64,000 bases of DNA from Ruditapes philippinarum (lineage: Eukaryota): assembly GCF_026571515.1 (NCBI RefSeq), contig NW_026863603.1, positions 62,001-126,000 on the forward strand, written 5' to 3'. The translations under genes and the position numbers were made by a program. This document shows, piece by piece, positions 26,701-39,144 of this stretch. The notes under the pieces were generated by a model. It did no database searches, had not been told where the DNA came from, and saw nothing but the letters and a program-made list of their open reading frames with translations. Positions within the stretch are counted from its first letter, which is position 1, and each line of letters starts with the position of its first letter.

Positions 26701-29262
26701 AATAAAACATATAGGTGGCGCTATATATAGGCAAGTTACATGTGTTATTGTTATGAAATCTATTTTTAGCCACAGATCTGTTTACGAGTTCTAATCATTT
26801 AACGATATAATATTATCATTAGTGGTACATTATATGTATCAAAATCACGAGTTTTTAATAGTGCTTTAACATTTAATCATAGTGACAGAAAAGGGAAAGA
26901 AAACATAATTAACCTATAATTCGAATCTACAGCCACGTGGATGGAAATTCAAATTCGTAGGCGTTACGTTTTGGCTGTCGGTCAGGAATCGGGATGCATT
27001 GATACAGTGAATATTTTAGATTTTCTTGAACAGAGAGGTCAGTTTAATTTATTTAAATTTATTTCTACTTTATATTTGATAAATAATTGCATGATTGCAA
27101 GCATTCTTAAAATAAATTACCATTATTTGAACAGTTGAAGCAAAATGTCACACAATTTCGCGATAATGTGTGATAATAAATCTTTTCAAATTTGACATGT
27201 CTTAACTCTGCTTGTGGAGAGTTTATAATGTGCCTTTCAGTACTACCAAATTCAGTACTACCAAAGAGAATGCTTAGTTTTCATATTTTTCTTTACCTGT
27301 GATGTTTTTGTCAGTTAAAATCTGAGAATTGAGAATGCATTTGAAACATTAATTTGAAACTATGAAAAATTTAAGACTTGTGTTTCAAACGTAGAATATA
27401 CATAATTTAGAATATAATTTTCTTTTCAGGTAGCTCAAGTGTTGGACATGCTCTAAAAGGTCGGATGGACAGAAACACGTGATTATGCAAAAAGACACAT
27501 GGCAAAGTAAGATTTTTGTAAATTCTGTTACATACTTATAATCCATACTAAACTGGAGTTTTAAAGCGGCCTTTTAAATTTTCAGTATTCATGTTTAGTT
27601 TCAATTTTTGTTAAAGCTCTCTTATAAAAATCTAGCAAAATTGTTCATTAAGTTAAGATAACTTTCAAAATTTCTAAAGGGCAGATAACCATGAAAAACA
27701 TTTTAGCTTGTTATTTGTCCATTTTTTCATAAATTTCTTTTTTTTCAGTGAAAATGACATCACAAACGCTATTGGACATTAACGTATTCTCCGGACAGAC
27801 GAGGGGTGGTGAGAGAAGGTCATATCTAAAAGCATCACACCTCCAAATTCGTGCTAATTCTCATGGATATTTAAAAGTATAACTTTGTGATGTAACAAAA
27901 AGGAAGTAATTTACTGTATACCTTAGTGACAATTATCAAAAGGAGGTCAAAATATGCAAAATGGCACTAACGAAATGTTTTAGTAATGCTGTAGAAATAT
28001 AGTTAAAATACTGAAAATCTGTCATTAATTGCTTGAAACATTATTATCCGAATCTTTTAACTTTTCTTAAAATTATAAAAAAAATATTTGTTTTTGTAAT
28101 ACTTTTTGTTTTATTTTATGTTTTTTGTTTAATTTATGAAAAGTATTTAGCCTTGGAACTTTTATTTTAAATAAATGAAAAATATAAAAACATATTTTTG
28201 ATTTTATTTTTTTGTTATACATTTCATTGGAGTGAAAGTTACTTAATAGAATGAGTTACATTAAATTCGATCAAAGCAGGAATAGCCAGAAAATATTTAT
28301 AATGTGGTAAAACAAGAAGGATTAGGGGAATGATCAGATTAAGGTCAGAAAATGGTCAGATTTAGGGCAGAAAAGGGTTAAGATTTAGGTCGGAAAATGG
28401 TCAGATTGAGGTCGGAAAACGGTTAGAAACTGGTTAGATTTAGGTATGAAAATGGTCAGATTTAGGTCGGAAAATGGTCAGATTGAGGTCGAAAAAATGG
28501 TTAGAAAATGGTCAGATTTTGGTCAGAAAAAGGTTAGATCATGGTTAGATTCTGACGTCTACCTGACGTCAGATTATTACGTCAAAAAAACTTTCAAATC
28601 CAACCGTTTTTCCGACCGTCATCCGACGTCGGAACCTGACTTAAATCTGACGTCAGAATGACGTCTTGTGTTTGCTGGGAATCAATTATTTACAACACTG
28701 GTCCTATCTCTTGGGAATAGTGGGAACTTTGACTTTTCAACTAGCAGGTAACAAGTTTTGTTTTAGCCTGGTTTACTGAAAAGTATCAGCTAGTATCCCA
28801 GTTTTAACCTATTGTATGTCCCTGCTTCAACATGTCAATGTGTACATGGTTTTCCAGCTGTAGTGACAGTAAAAAGTAACATGATGCGAGTCTCCGCTCC
28901 AGGTAGATCTACATGTATCCAGAGACTTGGTGGGAAATATTTAAGTTTCTTAAACACCGGTTCATCATATGACACTGGGCCAGCTTATATTATTATTATT
29001 CAACAGAGAGGGTTTACATATTCAAATCATTTTATGTCATCCTATTATCCTACAAGCTACATGTACAAGTCAACAATTGGGCAAATCAACAAAATTGCTG
29101 AGTTTGGCATATTTTTTTCATTCAAAGGTTATTTCAAACCCAAACTCCTTAAATTTGTCCAATTTATAACATAATTCCTTATCCATAATTAATGGACGTA
29201 TACGATAAAAAATATATTTTACCACTATTTTCAGGATCTGGAAAATTGAAGGTAAATGACAT
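20756..29262 (-). CDS. METTL18: Histidine protein methyltransferase 1 homolog (METTL18/HPM1), 285 aa, 9 coding exons
   Basis: Exons 29262-29223, 26331-26231, 25526-25361, 24939-24851, 24137-24063, 22777-22644, 21993-21895, 21501-21386 and 20793-20756 join in frame (858 nt). Motifs: MSFTFNF, SDLIPNVYEGGLKVWEC, VLELGCGAG, HFQDYN, FSGDW, YDVILSAETIY, AAKSNYFGVGGG. Confidence 0.95.
21502..21894 (-). other. U12-type (minor spliceosome) GT-AG intron, METTL18 intron 7
   Basis: 5' site GTATCCTTTT; branch site TTCTTAAC (21518-21511) immediately followed by ATTTGTCAG, with no polypyrimidine tract. Splicing restores DGEI|YVAAK. Confidence 0.9.
22962..23591 (-). mobile_element. Helentron/HINE-like element, short copy (about 2 core units) of the family at 43304-45062
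   Basis: Same termini (TTTTTAGCTCAC...TCACAAAGTGACA, GTCC microsatellite, GGGCCATCATGGCCC palindrome, CTCTTGTT end) in reverse orientation. Confidence 0.85.
25832..26160. mobile_element. Tc1/mariner-superfamily (pogo-like) MITE
   Basis: TA|CCGTAAAATTCC..ATAAACGCCCC ... GGGGCGTTTAT..GGAATTTTACGG|TA. Confidence 0.8.
26405..28679. mobile_element. Non-autonomous CMC/EnSpm-like DNA transposon in METTL18 intron 1
   Basis: TIRs CCCAGCAAACACA / TGTGTTTGCTGGG with a 2-bp AA duplication; subterminal GACGTC-rich repeats; a GGTCAGA tandem tract at ~28335-28550; internal exon-like relics. Confidence 0.75.
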
Positions 29263-29402
29263 TTTGTGGTAAACAAACACACGTGGTTCCGGTTTACATC
29301 GGTTATTTAGTTAGGAATAATTTCATTTGTTATCTTGGAAAGCCGCTGCCACATGATCCAATCAAATTTCAGTTAACAAATAGCGATTAAAGAGTAAGAA
29401 AC
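29263..29402. promoter_or_regulatory. Bidirectional promoter of METTL18 and GTF3C4
   Basis: 140 bp between divergent ATGs; CACGTG (29280-29285), ETS-type TTCCGG (29287-29292), CCAAT (~29358), and YY1-like AACATGGCTGCC over the GTF3C4 start. Confidence 0.75.
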
Positions 29403-32400
29403 ATGGCTGCCGTTTATGAATTTCCAAACAAAATATCAAGCAATCATGCGATTACTTGGTCGCCAGACCATAGAATCAGCTTTTGTACAGATACGGCTAT
29501 GAAAATTATGGTAACACTTCTTTAAGCATGAGTTTTACATCGATTTTGGATTCTAAACATGATAATTACGCGTTTTGCTCGTATCAAGATAGGATGAACA
29601 CCACTATTTTGTTTCCTTATTAAATTTTTACATCATACTGCTTAACAATCAATTCTGATTATGACTAGCAGGCATAAAACGGGCCCATATTATATCATAC
29701 CCACTCAATAGTTAAAATATTTGACAGTGAATCATGCCACTTAGGCTCAAGTCCAGGACATAGCAGGTCACTTTATCATGATTAATCATCTGATCATGAA
29801 GAATTCCAATCATGAATTCTTTCAGTCATTGGCAGTGTATCATTTCCTTGTGAAAGTTAAGGCAATAAGTTTTGCAGGAAATTTTCCTTGACAGCCTGCA
29901 CGGGATCAATTACAGTATGGGGACTGGCTTAATTGTTCACTGGTAAATTTCTTTGTGTCTTACTCAAGTTACTGTCGTGATCCCGAGGGTAAACTACCAA
30001 CACCACAATCTAATACGAAAGTAGGCAAAGCCTATGAAAAAAACTTTATTCACTTTTATTTTAAAATTGTTAGTAAAATTGCTGATTGCTGGTGTCAGAA
30101 AACTGAAAATTTCTCTTTGGATGAGACCTTTGCCAAAAGAATAGTAATTTATATGCAACAGCTCTACTGAGATTTATCATGCTTTTCCTTTACTTACCCC
30201 AACAAAAGATCATTTCAAAATATTGACATACTGATACTGTGTATTCATTTAATCTCATCTCAATTACTTTCCAGTATATAAATTGTGGAGTAAACAACCT
30301 TGATATTAAAATAAGATGCCAACAGTCAAGTTTTCCTGTCAATGCTGATATACTAGATATACCACAGATGACAAACGTCCAACTTAAATTTCTCTTCAAG
30401 AATTTGTCAAGAGGTAATACTATAATGTGATTTATGCTTTCTTTCCTGATTGTATTGTTTGTTTGTTTATTTTTTCTTATTTTTTGGTGTGGGTGGTATT
30501 TTATGATTTATTACCGACTCAAAAGAGCTGTGAAATGTATAATCAAATGTTTTCAAGAAAGAAATGAGAATAACATGTGCTTTCAAACTTAAATTTTCAC
30601 CTTAGTGCATTAACCAGTTAAGTCCTATTAAATTGTATAAAGAGTTAACCAGTTACTGCACTTGTGTGACAAAATATTAGTTACAAATTGAGAAATTATC
30701 AATCACTTGTGTCTCACATCTCATATGTTCAATTATTGCTTTAATTTCAGAGGAATTAAAGACACTTTCAGTTGATAGGGTGATGAATCCTTGGAGATAT
30801 CAGTTTGATACAGTTGCTAGAACTGGATTTGCCTTTGCAGATTGGTCACCTGAAGGAGCTGATGCAGTTGGGAGGTAAAATATTGTACAATGTTTATTTG
30901 TACATTTGGGAGTAATTTATATAAAACAAAGTATTTTGTTAGGGTATATAGTTTATAGTCCATCCTTTCCATTCTTTATTATACCCCCGCACAACAAAGT
31001 TGTAAGGGGGGTATACTGGAATCAGCTTGTCTGTCCGTCCGTCCGGCCGTCCGTCCGTCGGTTTTTTCTTGTCCGCCCAATAACTTAAGATTCCTTTGAC
31101 CCTTAGTCTTCATATTTGGCATGGAGGTTAGTCATGATTAGTAGATGACCCCTATTGATTTTGAGGTCACTAGGTCAAAGGTCAAGGTCACAGGGGCCTT
31201 GACTTCAAAAAGCTTGTCCTCCCAATAACTTAAGATTCCTTTGACCTACAGTCTTCATATTTGGCATGGAGGTTAGTCATGATTAGAAGATGACCACTTT
31301 TTATTTTGAGGTCACTAGGTCAAAGGTCAAGGTCACAGGGGCCTTGACTTCAAAAAGCTTGTCCGCCCAATAACTTAAGATTCCTTTGACCTACAGTCGT
31401 CATATTTGGCATGGAGGTTAGTCATGATAAGTAGATGACCCCTATTGATTTTGAGGTCACCAGGTCAAGGTCACAGGGGCCTTGACTTCAAAAAGCTTGT
31501 CCGCCCAATAACTTAAGATTCCTTTGACCCATAGTCCTTATATTTGGCATGGAGGTTAGTCATGATTAGTAGATGACCCCTATTGATTTTGAGGTCACCA
31601 GGTCAAAGGTCAAGGTCACAGGGGCCTTGACTTCAAAAAGCTTGTCCGCCCAATAACTTAAGATTCCTTTGACCCACAGTCTTCATATTTGGCCAGTGAT
31701 TTTTTTTTCAATTTTCAAAACAACCTGTGGCTTTCTGAAGGGGAAAATATAGCGCGATAAATCAGAAAAGGGGAACATCAAATTCTAACAACTGAGAATG
31801 GTTTACTCACATATGTTTTAGAATATTCATTTTCAATTCAATTTAACATCCATGATACATGCTGGGGCTATCTGTAGTTCACTAGTTCTGTCTTAAGCTG
31901 ATATAAATCAGCTGCTGTTAAGTCATGGCTCTAGTGAAAAATGTGCAAAGGGCATTTTAGGGGAAAAATAATAGCATTTTTAGGGGAAAATATACCTATT
32001 TAGGGCTAGGGGAAACAGCCTTTATTCGGCTGTAAAATGCAGGAAAAAAATCACTGTTGGCATGGAGGTTAGTCATGATTAGTAGATGACCCCTATCGAT
32101 TTTGAGGTCACCAGGTCAAAGGTCAAGGTCACAGGGGCCTTGACTTCAAAAAATTTGTCCGCCCAATAACTTAAGATTCCTTTGACCCACAGTCTTCATA
32201 TTTTGCATGGAGGCTAGTCATGATAAATAGATGACCCCAATTGACTTTGAGGTCACCAGGTCAAAGGTCAAGGTTACAGGGGCCTTGACTTCAAAAAGCT
32301 TGTCCGCCCTATAACTTCAGATTCCTTTGACCTACAGTCTTCATATTTGGCATGGATGTTGATCATGACTATAAGGTGACCCCTATTGATTTTGAGGTCA

Positions 32401-35400
32401 CTGGGTCAAAGGTCAAGGTCACAGGGACCTTGACAAAAGCTTTTCTTCTCAATTGCTAAAGAATGTCCTGTCCGCAATGTATTGATTTTGACATTTTCAC
32501 ATTTGAAGCATGTAGAATACATAACTTAGCAATGCACTGGCTTAGTAACCTCAGATTTGGCAGGGAGGTTGTCCTTGAGCTCTAAATGGCCACTGTTGAT
32601 TCTGACAAAGTGGTATGCGGGGGTATTCACGACATGATAGTGGCAGTTCTAGTTTCCTTCCATTCCTTCCTTCCTTCCATTTCTTCCTTCCATTCCTTCT
32701 TTCTTTCTTTCCTTCCTTCTTTCTTTCTTTCTTTCTTTCTTTCTTTTTTGCATGAAGGTCTTGTTCCGATGCATTTTATTGCTGGTCAGTTAGGTAATGG
32801 TTACCCACTGAGGCTAAAGATTGATTTCCTATCAATCCTTAAGTTAAGCCATGTTTTTTGTCTTTGCAAAAGGAACATGCAACAAGCATTCATCATAATA
32901 GTTATTATTATATGCTTTAGAAACTTTATAACTTAGATTAGATCATTTTTGAAATTAAAATCAGCTTGTAATTTACAGTGACAGCTCATGTTGTTTTATT
33001 CTTGCAGGAGTATATTAGCTACATTATCACAAGATTATAGACTATGTTTATATTCACATGACCCGTATCTTAATGAATGGTTACAGGTAATATTTTATTC
33101 TATCCTCTCCTTATTAATTAAGGTATTTCATATATCATAACATTGTATGCTGTATATGGCTCATTTTCCATTTCATACTACATGTATGGAAAAAAATTAT
33201 GAGGTTATATGGTCTAGTATAAACAGTTGTAAGCAATAGGAAAGAGTGATAGAGCAAACAAACTTTCATACACCACTATAAAACTATGTTCAATTTTGAT
33301 ACTGCTCCATTGATTTCCATGATTAATAAATTTGCAACAGTCATAAATTATAGAAATAACAGGAGTCATCCACTGAAAATCAACGTTATGAATGTGTTGT
33401 ATTATAAATATTGAAAAGCATTTATTATTATAGTTGACATGATAATGTCCTGATCTTCATATGACATTGACATGAACTGTTATTAATATGCTGTAAAACT
33501 CTGGATTATTTCAAATGTAGCTTGTGGACCTGAGTGTGTTAAGATGTGAAGAAACACAACCGAAGCTTGACCTGAAGTCAGTCACAGATTACAACAATCA
33601 CAGGCTGTGGTGTTTAAGTCAGGCTGTCACTGGTAACCTTTTTGTGAAGATCTTTAAGAGCCTTATTTTAGTAATTAACAGTACATTTTATTTGTGAATA
33701 GTTCTAAATTATGACATACTGCTGTGCACATTGAAATTATTTATTAAATTTCTATGTAAAATGTTCAGCCTGATCAAGTCAAACCTGCCACTCTCTACTC
33801 CTACTGACTGAGCTACCTCAACTGCTTATACATGTACATTTGTCGATCAGATCCTGACATTGACTATGGTACAGTTACAATACATATATCCAGCCACCCT
33901 GTTAACAGATAGCTTTGACAACAACACTTTTTAGCTCGACTATTCGATAAGAATAAGTAGAGCTATTGCAGTCACCCGAGCGTCGGCGTCGGCGTAACCA
34001 CTTATGTTAAAGTTTTTGTAATAGTTCAAATATTTTCCAAGTCCATTGACATATGGCTTTGAAACTTTGCACACTTGTTCACCATCATGACCCCAATCTG
34101 TAGACAGGAGGAGGTAACTCTATCAAGCATTTTGACAGAATTATGCCCCTTTTTCGACTTAGAATTTACGTTAAAGTTTTTGTAATAGTTAAAATATTTT
34201 CAAAGTCCATTGACATATGGCTTTGAAACTTTGCACACTTGTTCACCATCATGACCCCAACCTGTAGACAGGAGGAGGTAACTCTATCAAGCATTTTGAC
34301 AGAATTATGCCCCTTTTTCGACTTAGAATTTACGTTAAAGTTTTTGTAATAGTTCAAATATTTTCAAAGTCCATTGACATATGGCTTTGAAACTTTGCAC
34401 ACTTGTTCACCATCATGACCCCAACCTGTAGACAGGAGGAGGTAACTCTATCAAGCATTTTGACAGAATTATGCCCCTTTTTCGACTTAGAATTTCCGTT
34501 AAAGTTTTTGTAATAGTTCAAATATTTTCAAAGTCCATTGACATATGGCTTTGAAACTTTGCACACTTGTTCACCATCATGACCCCAACCTGTAGACAGG
34601 AGGAGGTAACTCTATCAAGCATTTTGACAGAATTATGCCCCTTTTTCGACTTAGAATTTACGTTAAAGTTTTTGTAATAGTTCAAATATTTTCCAAGTCC
34701 ATTGACATATGGCTTTGAAACTTTGCACACTTGTTCACCATCCTGATCCCAACCTGTACACAGGAGGAGGTAACTCTATCAAGCATTTTGACAGAATTAT
34801 GCCCCTTTTTCGACTTAGAATTTACGTTAAAGTTTTTGTAATAGTTAAAATATTTTCAAAGTCCATTGACATATGGCTTTGAAACTTTGCACACTTGTTC
34901 ACCATCATTACCCCAACCTGTAAACAGGAGGAGGTAACTGTATCAAGCATTTTTTTACTATCAAGCACTTAGAATAGTCGAGCGTTGCTGTCCTACCGAC
35001 AGCTCTTGTTAGTGTCCTTGTTTGGTTTTTGGGTGTTTTTGTTTTTAGGGGTATACAGGTATACCCATACAATTCCAAAACATTTGTTTGAGAAAGTGAA
35101 TTTTAACCTTCATTTGTATGTACATGTGAACAAAAAATATGTCGCCAGAGCTTCTGAATAGGAAAGACAACATGCAAAAGAAACTACAAAAATAAATGAA
35201 AATAAAGATGTTTCAATGGTAAGCTTGAGTAACATATTCAAATGTAGTCTTCATTTATTGAAAAGATGGCTGGTTTGGGTTTTTTTTATATCTTTGTTGT
35301 TGTCATTGTTTTTGGTGTATTGCTGGCCAAATAAATACTTATTTGAATAATAAAAACACAAGTGAGGTGAATTTTGCAAGCATTTATAACATGTTGACTA

Positions 35401-38400
35401 GTGATTATGCATGTATACATTTTCTTCAGTTATGAAATGGGGTACCAAAGTATATACAGATACAGAATCTGGTCAGAAGTATATATTGCTGGCTACAGGG
35501 ATGAAATCAGGTCATTTAACACTGTGGAGAATAAATATACCCACTCCAAACAAGTAAGCTATACTGATTCCTATGATTTGGAAACAAGATTGATAATTCA
35601 CATGTAATTTATAAACTCTAGCCTTTCAATAGAGATATATTGAATATTGTTGTAATAAAAAGAAATGATGTATTTATATTTGGTGATTAAAAACAAGCTA
35701 TTTTGCCCGTTAATAATGACAGGTTTGATGTCATCACCTGTTTTACCATGGCAACGAGGGGACATCTCAAACTTGCCAAAAATCACTATTTTGCCTTGAT
35801 TTTTTCCATCAAAATTGATTCCAAAGTGCTGCAACTCCTTAATTGATTGAGATAGATTCAAAGGCTTTTCAGCTTTGGTTACATTTTAACTTATGATCGA
35901 CCTGGGGTCATTTTTAGCCTCTCACAAGTCCAAAATTTTCTTGGCGATGAGGGGGACTGCGGCACCCCTTCTGGCACCCCCCCAAACAGAAGGGGGCACA
36001 TTCCCCTTCTGGCAACCCCCTGATGTATCTTTTGGAAGGGGGCTGCGCGGTAAAAGTGCTCACTTAATTTAGCGACATTTCTCAAATGAAAACATGTGTT
36101 TGGGGTCCAAATAGGACATTTTTTCACTATTTGAGGCCTAAAAGAGAGGGGGTGGGGTCGAAAGTGCGTTGTTTTGCGTATATATGAGGTAAAGGGTTAA
36201 CTCCTATGAAATTTGCTTGTCGTGAATGCTCATTCCAGTTTTATCCATATAACAAGCGTAGTTATTATGTACTTAGTTGGTATGTTGAATGATTGTTTAC
36301 GATTTTTTAGGCATTTATGGTTCCAGTGAATGATATCAGTGTCAAATTATGACATCTTTTCAGTGTAACATGCTCGATACTATTGGCTGTTTAATGTAAG
36401 CTTTTTGATATAGAAAACACCTTAAAAAAGATATGAAAATAATGAGATCAAAAGTCAAAGCACAGAAAATCTACATATATTTAGTATTCTAAGGAATTGA
36501 TTATATTTTTTAAGATTTTTTTTTTTATCTAATAGGTCAGACTGTTCAGTACTATATACAGTTAAACCATATGACTGTCAGATCTCTGGTCTTACTTGGT
36601 GTCCACAATCAGGTTTGTAGAACTCAACAGTTTCATTCTTTTTTGAGGCATATGTGGTGGAGTGATTAAGGTTGTTGACTTCAATCCATTTGTTCCTCAC
36701 CGCTGTGGGTTCTAATCCTAACAGGGACTTTTGATTCTATCATGTGTGGAAGCTGTCCAGCTACTTTACAGAATGTCGATGGTTCTACTTAGGGGCCTGT
36801 TTGTGCTTGAAATAATGCACAGAAGTGCACCTGAGGTCTTTCTTCTTCAATAAAGCTGGAACATTGCCATATGACCTATAATGTGTTGGTGTGATGTAAA
36901 AACTTATTCAAACAAACATAGATTTGAAAATAATGTATGAATGGATGGAGTGAGACAGTGTGTTTTGAGTGAGTGTGAACTTTTGTTTCCTTTATGAGAA
37001 TATAAAAAATTGTATTCCTCCATTACAAGTCCATTATACACTATGAAAGATAGTTGAGGGGGGTATTCCAGTTTTTAAAGTTTTTATGTTAAATTTCTTT
37101 TTCTTGGTATAACCTATAATGACCGAAATATTGTAACAAATTTTTCATTTATCATTAAACTACAGTCGACTCCGGTTATAACGAACTCAATGGGACATAA
37201 AAATATCGTTCGTTATATCCGAAGTTCGTTAAAAGCGAAGTAGCAACAACTTCCTAACTTGTTTGGATGGGGAAATTTGCCGTGAAAAAGCCACACTTTT
37301 CACTGGTTACTGGTGTAACTGGTATTTTACTGCAGCAGTTATTTAATGCGGGGCATTTTATTGAGCAATATATTATTCATGTATTAATTGTCTATGAAGT
37401 TATTACCATTTGTTTCCTTTTGCTATTTGTTTATTATCGTTTGGTTAATATTGCAAACACAAAAATTCGATTACTTGGCAATTATCGGGTATTAACAGCA
37501 ATCAACTGAGGGTGTGAAATACAAATTTTCCGTAACAAGTAGGAAATTATGTTGTGAGAACATTTTATCAAAATCTTTATTGCCTGAAGCCATAACTAAC
37601 CTGTGCAGTCATTCGATTGTTTAATTATCGGATAGCGTTATTCATGTACTGATCCTATTCGAGCGCATCCTGATATTTCAATTATAACAGTTTGTTATAA
37701 CCGAGGAAATTTACATGTTTTCCGTCATTTGGGGCTTGAAAAATGGTTCGTTATAGCCGAAAATTCGCTATAAGCGAGTACGTATTAAGCGATGTGATTT
37801 AATATAAAATAAAGAAGGAATCGGCCGGGGATGTCAGATTTAGTTCGCTATTAACGATAATTCGTTATAAGCGAGTTCGTTATAAGTGGAGTCGACTGTA
37901 TGACAAATCAATTGTATTACTTTTATATGATAAAGATTTTGAATTCTGCAAAATTTCTGAACATTTTATATTTTCAGATGCTGTATTAATAAGTTATTTA
38001 GATGGTCAGATACATATTTTGAAGTTAAGTCCTGAAGATATAACAAAAGAGCCAACATGGTCATGTGTTTATGGTGAATCTGACCTCATGAAGGTGTCAG
38101 CATTATGTGTGCTACATAAAGTAAAGGTACATGTATAATAAATTCATTAATGAAAATTGATTGTTTATCATATACCCTGTGCCGCTTTTGTGACTCTGAA
38201 AACGTTATTGCACAGTTGTGCACATACAATGTATTTTAATGTGGCATCATTTAAGTTATACAAACATAGTATAAAAATGCTCGTCAATGAAAATAAGTTA
38301 TTTATACTGTAAAAATTCTATTTTGTGTATATGATACATTCATGTAGGTTCATTACTAAATTTATTGGACGTGCTGAATATAATAATATAAAGCTTGCCA

Positions 38401-39098
38401 GAGGCCTGCATAGTATAGTTTTATTCAACTTATTCAATAGATCTAGTATTGAACGCACACTCATTCAATATTCTCTATTTAGATATTTCATGCCACCAAA
38501 GATTAGAATATATTACATGTAGAAATCACTTCTGTGTTTCTCATCTGAGTCTATCCAAAGTCATAGTTTGTCATTCTTTCATGGATAACAGTGTCTATTC
38601 TAGGAGGGGGATTGGGTATTCACTCATATTTTTGAGAATTCCCCCTTATTTTTCAGAGACTGGGGGAAATTTTTGCATCAAGAAAGAAGGAAAATGTAAT
38701 AAATTCTCACTTTTCGAGAAAATTCCCCCCTTTTTTTCAAATCCTAGATTAGATACTGGGATTTCTTTCATGGAGCAAGAATGCAAATAAATTCTTTAAT
38801 TCTTGGAATTGATTTTTGTTTTTCCTGGAGTGGGCTGTAGATAGGATTCTTTTATTGTAGTGATAATACAGTATCTTATTAAAGCCATGGTAAACATTCC
38901 AAAGTAAAAACTTTAAAATATATATTATGATTTGAAAATAATGATAATGATAGTTTCTACACAGTCTCTTTTTATATGTTGAATAAACATATTTTGACTT
39001 CACACTCAAAAGATATGTTACATTTTAAACTCTTCACATTATAGGTAAACATTATATGAATACATAGAGTAATTAAAAACTGGCAGTTGTTTGTTTTT

Positions 39099-39144
<46 letters not shown>

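Noticed and set aside
33928-35010. Tandem arrays resembling CRISPR
   Set aside because: There are no unique spacers and no cas genes, and the context is eukaryotic.
33633-35429. GTF3C4 intron 5 donor GTAACCTTTT resembles a U12 site
   Set aside because: Mismatch at +4, no CCTTAAC branch site, and an ordinary pyrimidine-rich acceptor; treated as U2 (at most a converted U12 intron).
35720-36200. GC-richer segment ending AGGG|TTAA, like a piggyBac terminus
   Set aside because: I could not find the matching left terminus, so boundaries and family are unsupported.
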